This document shows positions 1-14,200 of a stretch of 62,758 nucleotides of DNA, piece by piece. The stretch lies in the NCBI RefSeq assembly GCF_026571515.1, contig NW_026867152.1, positions 186,001 through 248,758 on the forward strand. The letters are read 5' to 3'. How positions within the stretch are numbered: position 1 is the first letter of the stretch; each line of letters starts with the position of its first letter. This DNA is from Ruditapes philippinarum. Taxonomy: Eukaryota. The notes under the pieces were generated by a model. That model ran no database searches. It had not been told where the DNA came from and worked only from the letters and a program-made list of their open reading frames with translations. The position numbers and the translations under genes were made by a program.

Positions 1-355
1 GTTATAACTATATCTAAGTTTAAAGCACTACTTCAAATGAGTTATTTATCATGTTATGCATCAAGCAATTTATAATAAACTTTATGAATAGAATATGTAA
101 TTAAAGCTTCAGACCAATTGATATCAAATGTCATTTGGTTACATATTGTTAAATTGTAAGATCTGGAGTTGTTCGAAATTTGCTTGAATTTACTTTAAAT
201 AAAATGAATTCATTAGGCAAAATTTACTTTTAACAATCTGTATATAGTTGATAATAAGAAATGCTTAATAATAAACGACGTGAATATTTGTTGACAAATT
301 CAAATATAAATATCTTGATAAGTTATACACAAAATAACGAATTAAGCTGATTATT

Positions 356-800
356 CTAAACTTGATTGGCAAGGAGGATGCATATAGTTAACAAGTAAAC
401 AAACACAAAGAACATATATTTATTAGTCTTAAGAAATGTTGATTTTACTGGGAAACAAAAATGCAAAACAGTTTCTAGGATAATAACATGATTGTATTTC
501 AATAACTTGTCAGATAAATTAAATGAGAATATAAGAGAAAGTGTGCAAATCATATTTTGATATAAACGTCATTTGTATTCGCAAAATGCATTATTCTCTT
601 TCGGTATATGTCTGATTTTAACAATACTTATATCAGAAACAATGAGATTATGTACGTTTTCAAGTATGTAGCAATGTTTATATGCTATCAAGGGACTTTT
701 AAAGCTGTCTTCATAAATAAGAAAACTTACTCGTTTTACACAACAAGAATGAAATGTGTACAATTCATGTCAAGCAAACTGATCTATCATGTCTAAAAGG
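356..800 (-). pseudogene. Decayed coding fragment of the repeated unit (unknown protein), copy 1
   Basis: KYNHVIILETVLHFCFPVKSTFLKTNKYMFFVFVYLLTI aligns to NPVIIPKTVLHFLPVTSKYYLLTNK*LFIVMLNLFTM at ~15940-16078, with in-frame 3-nt indels and several synonymous third-position changes. Confidence 0.4.
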
Positions 801-1785
801 TCGTTTGTATACAACGCATTTATACCATTTTTTGCAATTTTCTGTCAAACAACGAAATATGTAACATATTAAAGCGATTACTTTCAGTATTGGTAGGAAG
901 TTAGGCTACATAAAAATTGCAATTTTGTAAAAGCAAATCATTTAAGAACACTTCATTTCTATTTTGAACATCACTGATCAAATTATCTGGCAATTCTTTG
1001 TTAATGTATTTCTGCTCTTGTATTTTTATTCACATTTTCTATTTCTTCCTTTAGGGCATGTTTTCTTATATATTTTTAGTGTGCGTGTGCGTGAACTTAT
1101 ATAATACATGAACTTTATAATACAATTGAGATTTTGAGAAAAATACTGATAGTGTTACAACCTTGTATCATTTACCTTTGGTAATAGCATTTGATATGCC
1201 CTATTTATGTACCTAATGACTTTTATAGATTATATGCTTTACTTATTTTTTTTCAATTTATTGCAATGTATTTCTCTGGGCAAGAATATGCACAAGTCAA
1301 CAAAACATTTTCCAACACGGCTGAACTGTTTACCTTATTTTCTGTTTACTTGCCTTTGTAACTCATGACTGCTCTTCTGTACGTTAATATAATTCTTGCA
1401 ATGGCACCAAATCAAGCTGATATTTTTTTTATCTTTAAACAATTGACAAATCAGTTTTATTGAAGAATCCGTTCTGCTACTAATATTTACCTACAAAGCA
1501 GAAAACAAATCTTAAAGTACATTGAGCAATCTACCCTGTAAACGAAAATACGTGAAATCACTGCATCTAAATTGAACGTCATTGTTCACATTATTCAATT
1601 ATCTTTCTTTAATTTTTTCCTGTTTCTGACATTCTCAGCACGTATTTAATTATTCTTTCAGAAAATGGATTTACTGTTATACTCATTTCCTTTTTTGTAT
1701 TGCCTTCAATGGGAATGTCTATTGAGACAGATTTTTGTCACCTTCACCTTTTTATGTGTCTGCAAGATGTAACGCCCGTCGTTAA

Positions 1786-2561
1786 GGTAAAACACCCCTA
1801 ACGGGCACTATAAGGAACTGTAAAATTGACAGCATAGGACAGTAATATGCCTTGCATGTCACCTGTATGCAAAATTGAAACAAAATTATGAGTTATGGAC
1901 ATTATTTTTAACTAAAGCTTTGCCACTAGAAGGGCTTTTTTCAGAAATGAGGAAACTCTAAATAATCTATAATATCATATTTATGAAAAATGTTTTCCTA
2001 TTGCTCTTGTAAAAAACAAATAATGACATTTCGGTAACAAATAAAACAAGCAAAATTATTGTTTTGAAACGAAATGTTTGAATATGTATAAAAATGTAAC
2101 CCTACCCCATCAAATTTTAACACTTATTTGATTATTTCCCTATGTTAAAAGTCTTATTTAGAATATCCCTTAAATTTTCCACAATGAGGGGCTGTTTTCA
2201 AAGTTTGCCTAAATTTTCTTAAATGTATATTGGTTGGTCTTGCAAAATATAAAATATTTTGACCGTGCAGTTGTTATTTTATAAAACTTATTAAAATATC
2301 TGAAATCATATTTGCTATTTAATTTGGCATTATTTAGTAAATAAATATCTACAATAATTATATGATTAAAATGAAACACGTTTTTCTTCCATAAGGGATC
2401 TGGGGGATTAAAAAGAAATGTTAAAAAGATAAATAAGAAAAGAAATGATGCCCCTCCTGGGGGTTTGAACCCACGCCCCTCAGTTTCAATACACTTTACA
2501 ATGAATCTAGCCTATTTGAATACTCTTCAAAGTAGAGATAGTGCATTAGGGGTGTACTACC
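1786..2561. mobile_element. Non-autonomous TIR DNA transposon (MITE), Kolobok-like (TTAA target); PIF/Harbinger (TAA) is the alternative
   Basis: Left end GGTAAAACACCCCTAACGGGCACTAT versus reverse complement of the right end GGTAGTACACCCCTAATGCACTAT. Flanks are TTAA and TAAA. The sister copy at ~12731 reads CGTTAA|ATGCTATA (empty site). Confidence 0.8.
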
Positions 2562-3496
2562 TAAAATACTATAAAACATTTAATTTTTATTGAAGGTTAG
2601 TTAGTTAGGAAGCAAATGTAATATATGTAACAATTGCATACTACAATTTTAAGATTTTTGTGCTAAAACAACATTTTTATGTGAATTTCTGGTCTAAAAT
2701 TTACAACTGACTGAGCTTTCAAAAATAGTTTGCTCATGACTTTTGAATTTACCTATATTTAGTACTGTTATATAGTAGATATGATATATTGAATAGATTA
2801 CCGTTTGTAACGTATTATTTAATGTATGTTTTACGTGATGTCTTGCTGATGTAATATGATTTCCTCCGACAGAATATCACATCACCCAGGCTGTTGGCCG
2901 TGATCATAGTCCTTGTGATGTGATCCTTATTGGGCTCATCCAATCATTTAAGATCTATCATTTAACAATTTGTAAAATGTTAACTAGAAAGACGCATGTG
3001 ATTTGCTTCTGATATACAATGCCATTATTGTGATTGCGTTTTCGAAAATGAGGTCAGTGTGCTTTTTTATACATTTGGTGGATTTTATGAAATAGGCATC
3101 AGGTGAACAGCAGATCATAGACACATCTTGTAATTCACTGTTGTTGAATTGTTTTGATTTTGTTTTTTGTTGTCTTGTTTTGTGAAAAACCTTTCCATAA
3201 TTATTTATTTTCTAGCAAGAGACTGATAAGCTATGAAAAAATCTGAAGATTAACTTCATGCTTAATCGTAAATGATATGCAATATACTCACAACAATTCA
3301 GACAACAATTTTCTTTCATTGACGTATCAGATATGCAGCAGAAATTAGTTTTGTCATTATCAACAGTCTTCAGAAAAATGATCTTGTAATGGCTTTCTTA
3401 AACAGCCTTTGTTACGCATACATAGCTTAATTATTTTGTAATGGAGACAGACATTAGTCTAAGATCAAATTGTTCACGCAATTAATTTCTATAGCA

Positions 3497-4330
3497 GAAG
3501 GCACCATAGCAAAAAAACAGGAAAAAGACTCAAGGGCGACAAAAGGAGAACAGTAACATGTAATTAGTGACATGAAAAGGACTTAAAGGGTCGACACGGA
3601 GATAAAATGGAAAAAGGGGGACAGGGCATAAAATAGGATATGAAGGGGGATGAAAAGAACATATAAAACGTTAAAGAAAGTTAAACAAAAAAAATAGGAT
3701 ATCACAAAGATTCGCAACATGTATCAATACACAAGACATACATGTGAAGTAATATAGAGGGTACGTGGACGGTCAGAAGTAGTAACACCTCTTTGGAGTT
3801 TAAACCAGTTTAAGTCGCACCTCACTCTTAGTCCCAACATGTTTCTATATGACGAATTCGTGAAAATAATGAATCTCCTCCGAATTAAATTCTGCCAGTT
3901 GTCAAAACACATAAATGGCCATGATTATGTAAATTTACACAAAAAAAAAGGTATCAATCAACATAACAAAAGTTCTTAATACGTTTGAATAAGGCGGAAC
4001 ATAAAAAGGCCAACAAATAAAAGGGCCCAACGAAACATGAGAGAAAATGACATTAAAAACTCTCCATCATAGAGTCTTTAAGTTGGTCGTCAGATACAAT
4101 CAAATGAAGACAGCATGACTTCCAACTGTAAAAGGGTTTAACACCAAGCATGTGATATGTCTTAATATTATTAGGAACTATCCTCTTGTAATAACATGTT
4201 TGAGTACTGTAGTGAAGACAGCAGAAAACTGAATGTGACCCTTGATGCTACAAAGTTTATAAACAAATCTCCACTGAAATAAGCCTTGCATATACCAAAT
4301 CGAATTTTAAAGTTAAATCTGAAATAGGAT
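3497..4330 (-). mobile_element. 5'-truncated Penelope-like element, Naiad/Chlamys-like (C-terminal ORF tail plus 3' non-coding region)
   Basis: Minus-strand translation at ~4095-4305, with one frameshift: GICKAYFSGDL/YKLCSIKGHIQFSAVFTTVLKHVITRG*FLIILRHITCLVLNPFTVGSHA. This resembles the FYGDLVYK..GY..MR..ACLV.NP tail that I recall from bivalve RT-terminal PLEs. It is followed by a TGGTTTAAACTCC..CTGACCGT motif shared with 10622-11052 and 50360-50790. Confidence 0.6.
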
Positions 4331-6967
4331 TGAAGAATTTAGAAAAAAATAATTATGCAATTTTTGATAACAATATCGTTGTTGAACGATTTCACTACAA
4401 TTATTTGCATGACTATACGGTGTGCCAGTTCTATTTAACTGAGAACTATATACAACATATAGTGTTGCATGAAGTACATTTTCATCTAATATAGGTAGCT
4501 AATAGTATGAAATAACAAACCTCTTTTATCATAGATCTCAGTAACTGAAGTTAATGAAAACAAATTGTTAAATTCAAAAAAGATAAAAAAATAATCTCTA
4601 AAGAGTTTGTTTAATTCAATTTACGTTTGCATAGAAAACTTAGTATCCATTGACCAAAATTAGAATTATTTATATGAAGGACAACATCCAGGTGGCGGGA
4701 AGTGTAATTTAAGGCTCATAGTGCATAGGAAATGCCTGTATGTTTATTTCTCAAAAGCGTTTTTTATTTTTGGTGTCTTGTTAAAGTTTCAAAACAGTAA
4801 CTCATTGGCCACCTTAACCATCTTTTGCTGCATCTGATCAGCTCTGATGCTATATGGCAATGAGTGTATTTTAGCGATCTAGTATGTTGTATGGAAGTCC
4901 AAATACTACTCCATTTACATTTACATTACTTTTATGACCCATTATCTCAGATTCAGCGCTGTTTTATCAGATGAAAAGCATCAACCATGCCCTAAAATAT
5001 GTATTCAAAAGTTATAAAACTCATGCTTGTCATTTCTAAAAAAACATCAATTTGTTTATTACTTAGGCATAATATGCCTGTATAACGTTGATAATGAGAG
5101 ACTTAATATACTTCTTTTTGTAACTATATAAAACGAATCCGTAACCAGGGCTGCCCATTTCCATTGTTATGCATAATATCTGTTTGAAAACTGAAATACT
5201 AAACCTATAACAGGTGTTATGAAAACGATACGGTATTGCAAACTTCGCCACAGGTCCACATTTTTAATATTGTCTTATGATACAATTCATAAAGACACCC
5301 TCTTTTAACACAAGAATTTTTTTTTCTATTGTAAATGTTATTTTGAATTAAAGACAATAATTTATAATTGATAAGTCTGTATGATCATGTTGTATATAGG
5401 GTAGGGAAGACGTAAGTACTGTCCATCACCAGAGTGAAACATGCATATCTTTAAAGAAGAGACAATGCTCATTTGTAAACTAAGTACTGCTATGAATGTT
5501 TAGCTGTCAAATATTTTCATCTTGAATGTCATGGACTTTTACACGCTCATGATTGTATACAGTAAGTTAACTAACTGAAAAAAATACCACAATTTCATTA
5601 TATTAAAAAAATTATAATTATATTCTAAGACCTAACTAACGGTTAAGCTGTATTTATATACGCAATTATCATTTAGTGCAGTAATGCGACAATATGCTGT
5701 TAATCCCAAACAAACAAAGTACTTTTATCAATTCAGGATTCCTGTCATGAACGCCGTGGGTGGTTTATTTAGTAAATGCTTTGAATTGTCTTTGTATAGT
5801 CTCACATCTATCGCGGCGTTAATTGGTGTCATTACCAGCTGTTACTACAATTACCTCGTTTGCAAACGTTAAGATAAATAATTAGTGATTTTATTTTGTA
5901 CAAAATTGAGTTGTTAGCAAATTCTTCCTTAAGGACTTTATTGTTCTCTTCTTTCAAAATATTTAATTTACTATATACGAATATGATGCATTAAGCATTG
6001 AATACAATACATTGCTTATATCCAAATAATGATGATGCAGGAATCATGAGAAATAACAGTTGATAACATATAATTTTCTAGAGAATTCAAATTAACATAG
6101 GAATTTAATAAGAATGTTATAAGATTGTTGTATAAAACATAATTTATTTTTTACCGTGACAATGTACACATAGACCTTATATCAATTAAACCTTTATGCA
6201 TTTTGTTACATTAAATATGTAAATGTGAGTTCTGGTATACGCTGGATTCTGATTGTTATGCCATTATTTGAATAAGAAACATCTCAGTCTTGCAACTGGT
6301 ATGCATATCAATTTAATATAGGTTATGATAGATTTGTGTATTAGACAGATGCACGTAAACTTGACAATTTACGATTGCAATGCACATTGAGCTAATGCGA
6401 CATATCGTAACATAATAATATATGTTTAACTATAGTAAAGAAAACAAATTTCGAATCATATGACAGGTGCTGGGCGTATTGTTTAATGATAAAGTTTTAC
6501 ATATGAACTAAAACATTTTTGCTCATGTGCTTGATGCAATAACAGATGTTACAGCATGAAGATATCATATGCTGTTTTGTTTCTACTCATAAGACTATAG
6601 CTATAGTTTGTAAAGAACTTTCAAATGATCACAATAAAAAACGACATTAAACGTGCAAGCAACACATAACGGTAATAGTGTGGTAAATATCTAGGACGAA
6701 AACCTGCTAAAAGTCTACGCTGATGATTCTAAAGAAGACATATTTTGTTCATGAATTAATTGTTCAAACAATTAATTTGACAACTTACAATAACATATTT
6801 TAAGACGAACAGTTTTGAATATGGAAAAAGTCATATAGAAACATTAACTGGTCTGTATAAATATTTCATATATATTAAAGGAAAAGGCACCCGATTGTAC
6901 ATTTAACTTGTAATTTGATAAAGTGTTACGGATACTTTAGGTAACATATCAAACCATAGTATACAAT

Positions 6968-7090
6968 TATACAAGCTGCGGATGGAATATACGGGGGCAT
7001 TTAGCCTGAATGAGATCAACATTTCCCGAGGCTTAAAATTATGTCAACAAGGCCATATTCTTACGTATATCCCGTCAGCAACTTATATAT
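6968..7090. mobile_element. Old short palindromic MITE-like remnant
   Basis: TATACAAGCTGCGGATGGAATATACG is an imperfect inverted repeat of CGTATATCCCGTCAGCAACTTATATA. The left arm recurs in the sister copy at ~42380. Confidence 0.4.
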
Positions 7091-7974
7091 CGGATTTATG
7101 ATTATACAATTTGGTGTTTATGACACGTTCATACCCTTCCATCCTCTCATCCAGCAACTATAGACTGTTCATAGAAAGGCGGGAAAAGGTGCGCGTCAAT
7201 AAGATGCCAGGCGTGCAACGGCTTCGCTAACGCTGATTAATAAAAAATAATTAAAGCAAAAAGCCATCATACCGGTCTTCATTTTACTATTTATTTATTT
7301 AAGTATCAAGAAATATGCCACAAAGGAAACGCGATAACAATTAAAATGGACTCAAGTAGTTAACCACATGTGATGTAGAAGTACTTTGTTATTCGTGCGT
7401 GCTTCGGTTTTTTCATGGTATATATACACATAGTAAACAAAGTGTTAAGCCAATCAAAACTCGAGAAACGCTTTATATTTTTTTAGATAATTTTATCAGT
7501 CTGTTACCTTTTTGGCTAGATAATATGTTCATGAAGCCTTATGTAGCAAAACGCCATGCTTTACAAAATGTATGCTTAGAAAAATTACTGGCTATTGGAA
7601 AATGCTGAATTAGATTTCCGTCGAATTCATCATTAAATAAGACAAAACACATTCAAATTACCTAACATGTTAGTGTAAAAATCTCACAAATACTTTGCTT
7701 GTCGGTAACATTGACTATATTTATACAATATATCTGTCAGGAAGAGCAAATGTAGGCATTCGTTGTTTGTTTATAATGTTGCCTTGTTTTATAAGTGAGA
7801 TATGCGTATATTATTTGTTCGATAATTATAATTCATATGACCATCGAACAGGTACGATAATTTGATGGTGTTGTAAATATTTTAAGATTCAAGACACACT
7901 ATACCAATAAATTTGGTAAAGCGTTCGGCTTTAAACGTCAATATTTGAGCGACTTTAATTATCCGCATAAGGAA

Positions 7975-8580
7975 AACAAGAAGTATCTTTTAAAACAATA
8001 CTCGGCGAAAGTAAATCTGTTTAACATGCAGAATTGTGTTATTTCTAGGTTTTCAATACAATAACAATGACAAAGTAATTATTTCTAGTAGCTATTTAGA
8101 AATTACCCATTTTGTAAATATTGAAGTTGAATTATGCATATTTATATTGATGATTTTTCAAATAAAAAACAACTTACTATTTACTATTTAAGGTGTCCCT
8201 TTTAATTGTTTTACGTTTGACTTGATAAATTTTGTAATCAATTACAAATTAACCTTGAAATAAATAAACTATCCTCATTCCTGTACATTTTATTTTAGAA
8301 CAATCATCTACATTTCATTTTATAGTGGGAAAACTATCCCTTACATTTTATCATAGAGCTATGCTTAAAATTTTATTTCAGAATGGTAAGAACTATCCTT
8401 TACAGTTTATCTTAGAATGGTTAGAACTGTCCTTTAAGTTTTATTTTAGAATGACCAATGAGATTCACGGACTTCAGTTTGTAATTTTTAATAAGCAATG
8501 GAAATTCTCCTTGTATTCAGTCCTTCCCTGGTAATTTTACTGAGAGTCAAGTTGATCACAGACGGACTTCGTCCGAAAAA
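7975..8580. mobile_element. Helentron-associated non-autonomous element (HINE-like)
   Basis: Absent from sister copies (~26255, ~43150). Starts AACAAG in an A-tract, has a 5' imperfect hairpin AGTATCTTTT/AAAACAATACT and internal ~35-bp degenerate repeats (AACTATCC..TTTTAT..AGA, 8266-8452). Ends with hairpin CGGAC-TTC-GTCCG (8563-8575) before AAAAA. Confidence 0.55.
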
Positions 8581-9365
8581 TATGAGTTTCCCTTTTATTC
8601 CACTCGCCATGATACTGCGTTTTTAACACATACCGATAAAGCCATCATGTTTACCAACGTGATGCTATTTAATTAAAAAGGATAAAAAACTCAATAATTA
8701 GTTTTTCTCACACATAAAAAGACTAGGATAAAACGAAAACCAGAACGACCGTATTTGTTTCTGTAATCGGCTAAAAGACAATTAACTCTTAATCGGGCTT
8801 TCGTAAAGAACAAATCAAATGATATTAAAGTTAAAAGATTTTTTTTTTCTGTTTCTCTGAAATAAGAAAAAAACATAATAAGTTTTCAAATGTGACTGGA
8901 AGTAGGATTTATCTCAATTTACCTCAATTTAATATTCATGTCCATACTTTTAGCATGTCATTTATGAATAAATTTTAGCAGTCATAAATACATATTATAA
9001 ATGTATGCATTTTCCATGATAAAGTATGATCAGTGTGCTCAAAGACAGGTTTCTAGCAATAAATTGAATATTTAATAGTACGTGACAAATAAAACAAAGA
9101 CAAAATAATTGATTACAAACATGTAGAATGTGTGAATATGCAACATTTATAGAAATTTGTAATTTAGATTTTAAATTATGGTTTTGCTCTATACCGAGTA
9201 TACATGTTTGCCTTTCAAGACTCAATAATATGACTTGTTTGTCTTTCTGTTGTATACATTCGTCCATTTCTGTAATCAGTCGACGTCTATTTTAGGTCGG
9301 CTGTGAAAAAACGAAGTTTATTTAAAAGCCGCGTTGTTATGCTTCCTTGAACTTGTGCAGATGTT

Positions 9366-9561
9366 TTATTTTGTTTGTTTGTTTTATTTTACGCCTTTTC
9401 TCAACATATAGGCGGATAGTTTCCTAACCATAGTTCCTGAAGAGTTACACCAGTACTAGACTACCTTCCTCCGTGCTAAACTACCAAAGCATCTCCCGGG
9501 GACCAGAGAGGTAACTGGATTAGAAGTCATCGACTCTAACCCCTCGACCACGGAGGCGGTT
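9366..9561 (-). mobile_element. tRNA-derived SINE, internally deleted
   Basis: Minus-strand head CCGCCTCCGTGGTCGAGGGGTTAG (A-box-like) and (AAAC)n tail. 8-bp TSD CAGATGTT at 9358-9365 and 9562-9569. Empty site in the sister copy at ~27090. Confidence 0.8.
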
Positions 9562-9644
9562 CAGATGTTATATGATAGAGCTTGGTTTTTATCCTAACTG
9601 TATTAGATGTCTTGATAATGGGATTAAGATACACAACACTGATC

Positions 9645-11243
9645 ATCTCTATCTATCTATCTCTGAATTATTCCAACCCCTCTCGCATGTGTTATAGACA
9701 GGAATTAAATCGGATTGCTAATAAAAGGTAAAAGAAAAGCAATATTGGTTAAGCATTATAAACATGCTAGGAAGGTGATTCTGAAAATGAATTCTAGTCA
9801 TGGTTTAAATGTTTATAGTGAAAGAAGATGATAAAGTACAAACTATTTTTTTTTTAAATCACACAACGGGAGCAAGACTAGTACTGCAATCCCAAACTGT
9901 CCGTTTGAACTGACTTAAGTTGAACAGAAAATGGCAATGTAGCTAGGGAGTTTATTTCATAGTATAATGCTGTGTGGGAAGAAAGAATACTTATGGTAGT
10001 CGAAGGAAACCTGTATTTGGCATAGGTATGATAAGGGGTGCATATGCCTGGTTAACCTATGTGGGGCTTGAACATATGGTGGGAGATAATTTCAACTAAG
10101 TTATGGTATATCTTTATTAAACATTATCAGTCTAGATCTACAGTCCAATCTGCGATGTTCTCGCCAGCCCAGTTCTTCCTGTATGGCTGTGACACTAGAG
10201 AGAGGGGAGAATCATTTTTTACCAATCGTATTGCACGTCTTTGGATCATCTCAATTCTGTCAATATTGGTCTAAGTGTACGGAGATCAAATAGTTGAAGC
10301 ATATCCAACCTGTGGACGGACCAATGACTTGTATGCTAGTTCTTTCACTTTCTCATTTTTGGTAATTACATTCCTTTAGATAAAGCCAAGGGATTCATTT
10401 GCAATAAAAGCTATCCGAGATATAGGTGTGTTAAATTTAAGGTCAGCAGACGGATCTAGTACGAGATATTTAGCATTAGACACCGATTCTAGGACTTGGC
10501 CATGAAGCATATATTTGTGTATAATTATTATGGTATTGATTTTGGTGTTATGGATCTGTTGGTACTTTGAGGAGTTAAAGGGCCCCAATGCTTCTCCATA
10601 GAACGATATTGTCTAGATCATGTTGGTTTAAACTCCCCAGCAGTCATTATTATGCTGCTGACCGTTCCAAGGCGGCGCCCCACTGCGTTCCTCAGATGTA
10701 TGTCTATGTTGTTTCATACTGTTTTGGTGACACTTTTGCTTGTGTCCCTTGTTGTTTTCTCGTCTACGGTAAGTATCTTCCCCATTTCCTCTGGTTTTTA
10801 TTTCTTTGATTACCCCCCCCCCTTCCCCCGGTCTCCTGTCCCCTTTCCCTTTGTGGGCCTATTGTTGTTTTCTTTGAATTCCTAATCAGTTACAAATTAT
10901 TTATCATTTAATGATTAACCTGTCCGTGCTCTGTCTTTGCCCTGTCCTGTTTTTGTTTGGGGTCCGCCTGGGCTCCTTGCCATGGTTCTTGTTGCTGGGT
11001 CATATGGGGGTTGCGTTCATTGAACGCCGCCTTTCCTTGTTGATCTTGTTTGTCATATTTTGGAGCGCTAGGGGTCTGAAGAAGAATTTGTGGTTAGGTA
11101 TACAGCAGGGTCGTCTGCAAAAAATCTGACTTGAGATTAAAGGACAGAAGATGCATGGTAGCTTGTTAATGCATAGAAGGAAACAGAGAGGCACTAAGAC
11201 TGAGCTTTGGAGCACTCCAGATGTAACTGGGAGTGCTCGTATC
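9645..11243 (-). mobile_element. 5'-truncated non-LTR retrotransposon (CR1/L2-group LINE), decayed RT C-terminal half
   Basis: VTSGVLQSSVLVPLCFLLCINKLP..FADD at 11110-11230. HGQVLESVSNAKYL..ANESLGFI*RN..KELAYKSLVRPQVGYAS..IEMIQRRA at 10230-10510. SFFPHSII at ~9960-9990. (AGAT)n-type tail at 9645-9663. Absent from the sister copy at ~27180. Confidence 0.9.
10622..11052 (+). mobile_element. Interspersed repeat nested in the LINE (3' region of the Naiad-like PLE family)
   Basis: TGGTTTAAACTCCCCAG..CTGACCGTTCCAAGGCGG plus a pyrimidine-rich body ending TTGATCTTGTTT. Flanked by TCAT (10618-10621 and 11053-11056). It splits the LINE peptide LQN|DLDNI. Confidence 0.7.
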
Positions 11244-14200
11244 TAAAGAACAGATTCTCAAACAGTTGCGAAACACGTAAATACAAAACCAATCTTCTAT
11301 GAACAATGGGAATAATCAGCATACAAGTACACAACCAAACTTCTTTCTGTCGTGATCAATAATGAATGATTTAAGAATAAGCATACAATTGCAAACGATG
11401 AGTCAATAAAATAGCTACTCCCATCCCATTAATCATATTTATTAGGTCCTTATGAATATTGCACTTCTATGATTCGAGATTCATTGCACAATATCACAAC
11501 GGAAAAAGCACAAGCGTAACTGTTCGTAATATCTTATATTTAAGACAGAAAATGAATCCAAATTTAGCTTCATCAATGTACCGGACACAAATCACGGCTG
11601 AGAAAAACATCAGTCATAACTTGTCCTTGACCTCCATTCCTTGACAAATAATCCGTAAGTTCGGTGTAAGTCGTATATTTATTGTCAAAATATCGTCTTG
11701 AAAGCATCCGATTGAAATTAAATAGGTTTCAAACTTATTATAGGGCCATATAACCTGTCAACAACCTTTATGACTAATAATATAAAGGTTATTAGCATCA
11801 TTTATAATTTAAATTAGATTTAATCACGGCACTGCTGCGTAAATTAGAAGAAATCAATGAATAGTTTGTGTAAAACTTCTAGGCTGTAAAATTAAAAATC
11901 TAAAACCTATTTTGAATTAGTATCTTGAGCGTAATTTTATTTTATCCCTTTTTTAAAATAAAAGCCTTGCTTGAAATATATTTTTACATCAGTTGTAATT
12001 TTTAAGATACCACGACACTATTTATTATAGTTTCCTTTATGTTGATTAGCTACATATTTTTTGTTATGCTCAAATTAACAAAATAATTCCAGAAGCTCTT
12101 CATATGTGCTCAATTTAGAAAACATGCCAGTACTTTATATAGTTTGACCACATGCAAACTAAAAAAGCTTACCTAAAATTTGAAACACTTTGAAGACAGT
12201 CACAATAAATTTATGTCGTTTCTTGGTTGCCAATAAATAATAACAACGTAATACATTGCCTACAGTATATTTCCAATGTAGATTTTAAGCTCATTGACTG
12301 TTAAGTTGTCATCGGAACTCATAACGTAAGCTAAACATTGAAGTGAGTTACAAAAAAAACTGACATTGTTACTTATTTACCATTGACAAACCAGTTTAAA
12401 TTTATTGTAACATCCGTTATGTTACTTATGTTTGCCTCTAAAGCAATATTTAACAGTACATTGAACATGCTTTTCTGAAAATAAGAATACGTCAGAAGGC
12501 TGCATATAAATTGAACATCATTGATCACATTATTCAATTATCTTACTTTAATTTGTTCCTGTTTCTGACATTCTCGGCACGTATTTAATTATTCTTTCAG
12601 ATAATGGATTTATTGTTGTACTCATTTCCTTTTTCATATTGCCTGCAATATCAATGGGAATGTCTATTGAGGTGTTTTTAGATGATTTTTTTCCTCACTT
12701 TTCTATGTGTCTGCAAGATGTAACATCCGTCGTTAAATGCTATACAACAGTTTATTTTTTATTGAACTTTTTATTTTTATTTTCAATTTCCTATTTCAAC
12801 CAGTAACCAGTAATTCTGAGTTCGGGAGCAAAGGTAATATATGTGACAAATGCATACTACGATTTAAAGATTTTTGTGCAAATAATCTTTTTCAATTGTA
12901 ATTCTGGTTTAAATTTACAATTGACTGAGCATTCACAAATAGTTTGCTGAGGACTTTTGAATTTACTTATATTTAGTACTGCAATATAGTAGATATTATA
13001 ACGTATTATTTAAAGTATGTTATATGTGATGTCTTGCTGATGTAATCCCTCCGACAGAATATTACATTATCCAAGATATTGACCGTGATTATAGTCTTTG
13101 TGCTGTGATCCTTATTGGTCTCATCCAAATTATTTGATAGATATTATTTAACAAATTTGCAAAATGTCAACTAGAAAGACGCATGTGATTTTCTTCTGAC
13201 ATGCAACGACATTATTTTGATTGCGTTTTTCAAAAATGAGGTCAGTGTGCTTTTCTTACATTGAGGGATTTAAAGTAATACGCATCAAGTGAAAAACAGA
13301 TTGCAAAGGATTTGAAAGAAATAGTTTACATCGACCAGAACCTGCATAATCTGGTTTTGTAATGCACTGTTATTTGATGTTGAATTGTTTTGGTTTGTTT
13401 TGTTTTCGTTCTTATGTTGTCTTTTTTAGCAAGGATATATCTTATCGTATTAAAAAAAATCGTTAATGATTTATCTGCCGGAAAGAACTACTATTCAATG
13501 ATAAAAAATGGTCTGATGATAATCAACTTCAGACTGAATTTGTAAAGAATAAACAATTCACTGTAAAATTAAATTAAATTCAGACAACGAGGTACTTTGA
13601 GATATCATATATGTAGGAGAGATTTATATTGTTATCATCAGCAGTCTTTATAAAAAATGAGATCGTAGTTATGCTCTTAAACAGAATTAGGCTTACTGAG
13701 GTAACCTCATAAATAGCTACATCATTTTGTTCTTAATAGAAGCATACATAAGATTCTATTGTTTATTGTTCACGCAATTAATTTTATTGTAGCTTATAAA
13801 AATCCTGCTATCAATCGGTGCAATTTATTTAGGTACCTAAGCAAAAGAGACTATTTAGTATCAGTAATACAACGCTGCTTTTATAAAAGTGGCACTTCAT
13901 TTAAAATGATTACGCAATTGGCTAAAAGCGTAATCGATTCTTAAAGTACCATATCAAACAATATAAAAATTCATAACATACAAACTGTACCTACCTGTTA
14001 AGAATGCGTAATTTTTACGTCATATCAAAATACAATTTGGTAAAAGTATACAGTCAAGTACATTAAAATTTATACAGTAAAACAGTTCTTGTCATTTTGG
14101 AGTTTTTCTTCTTTCTATTCGTAATTGACAAATTTACATTTTAACAGGTTAAAAGACAGACAATTAGACAAATAAACATCTCTGTAAGTAAGTTATTTAC

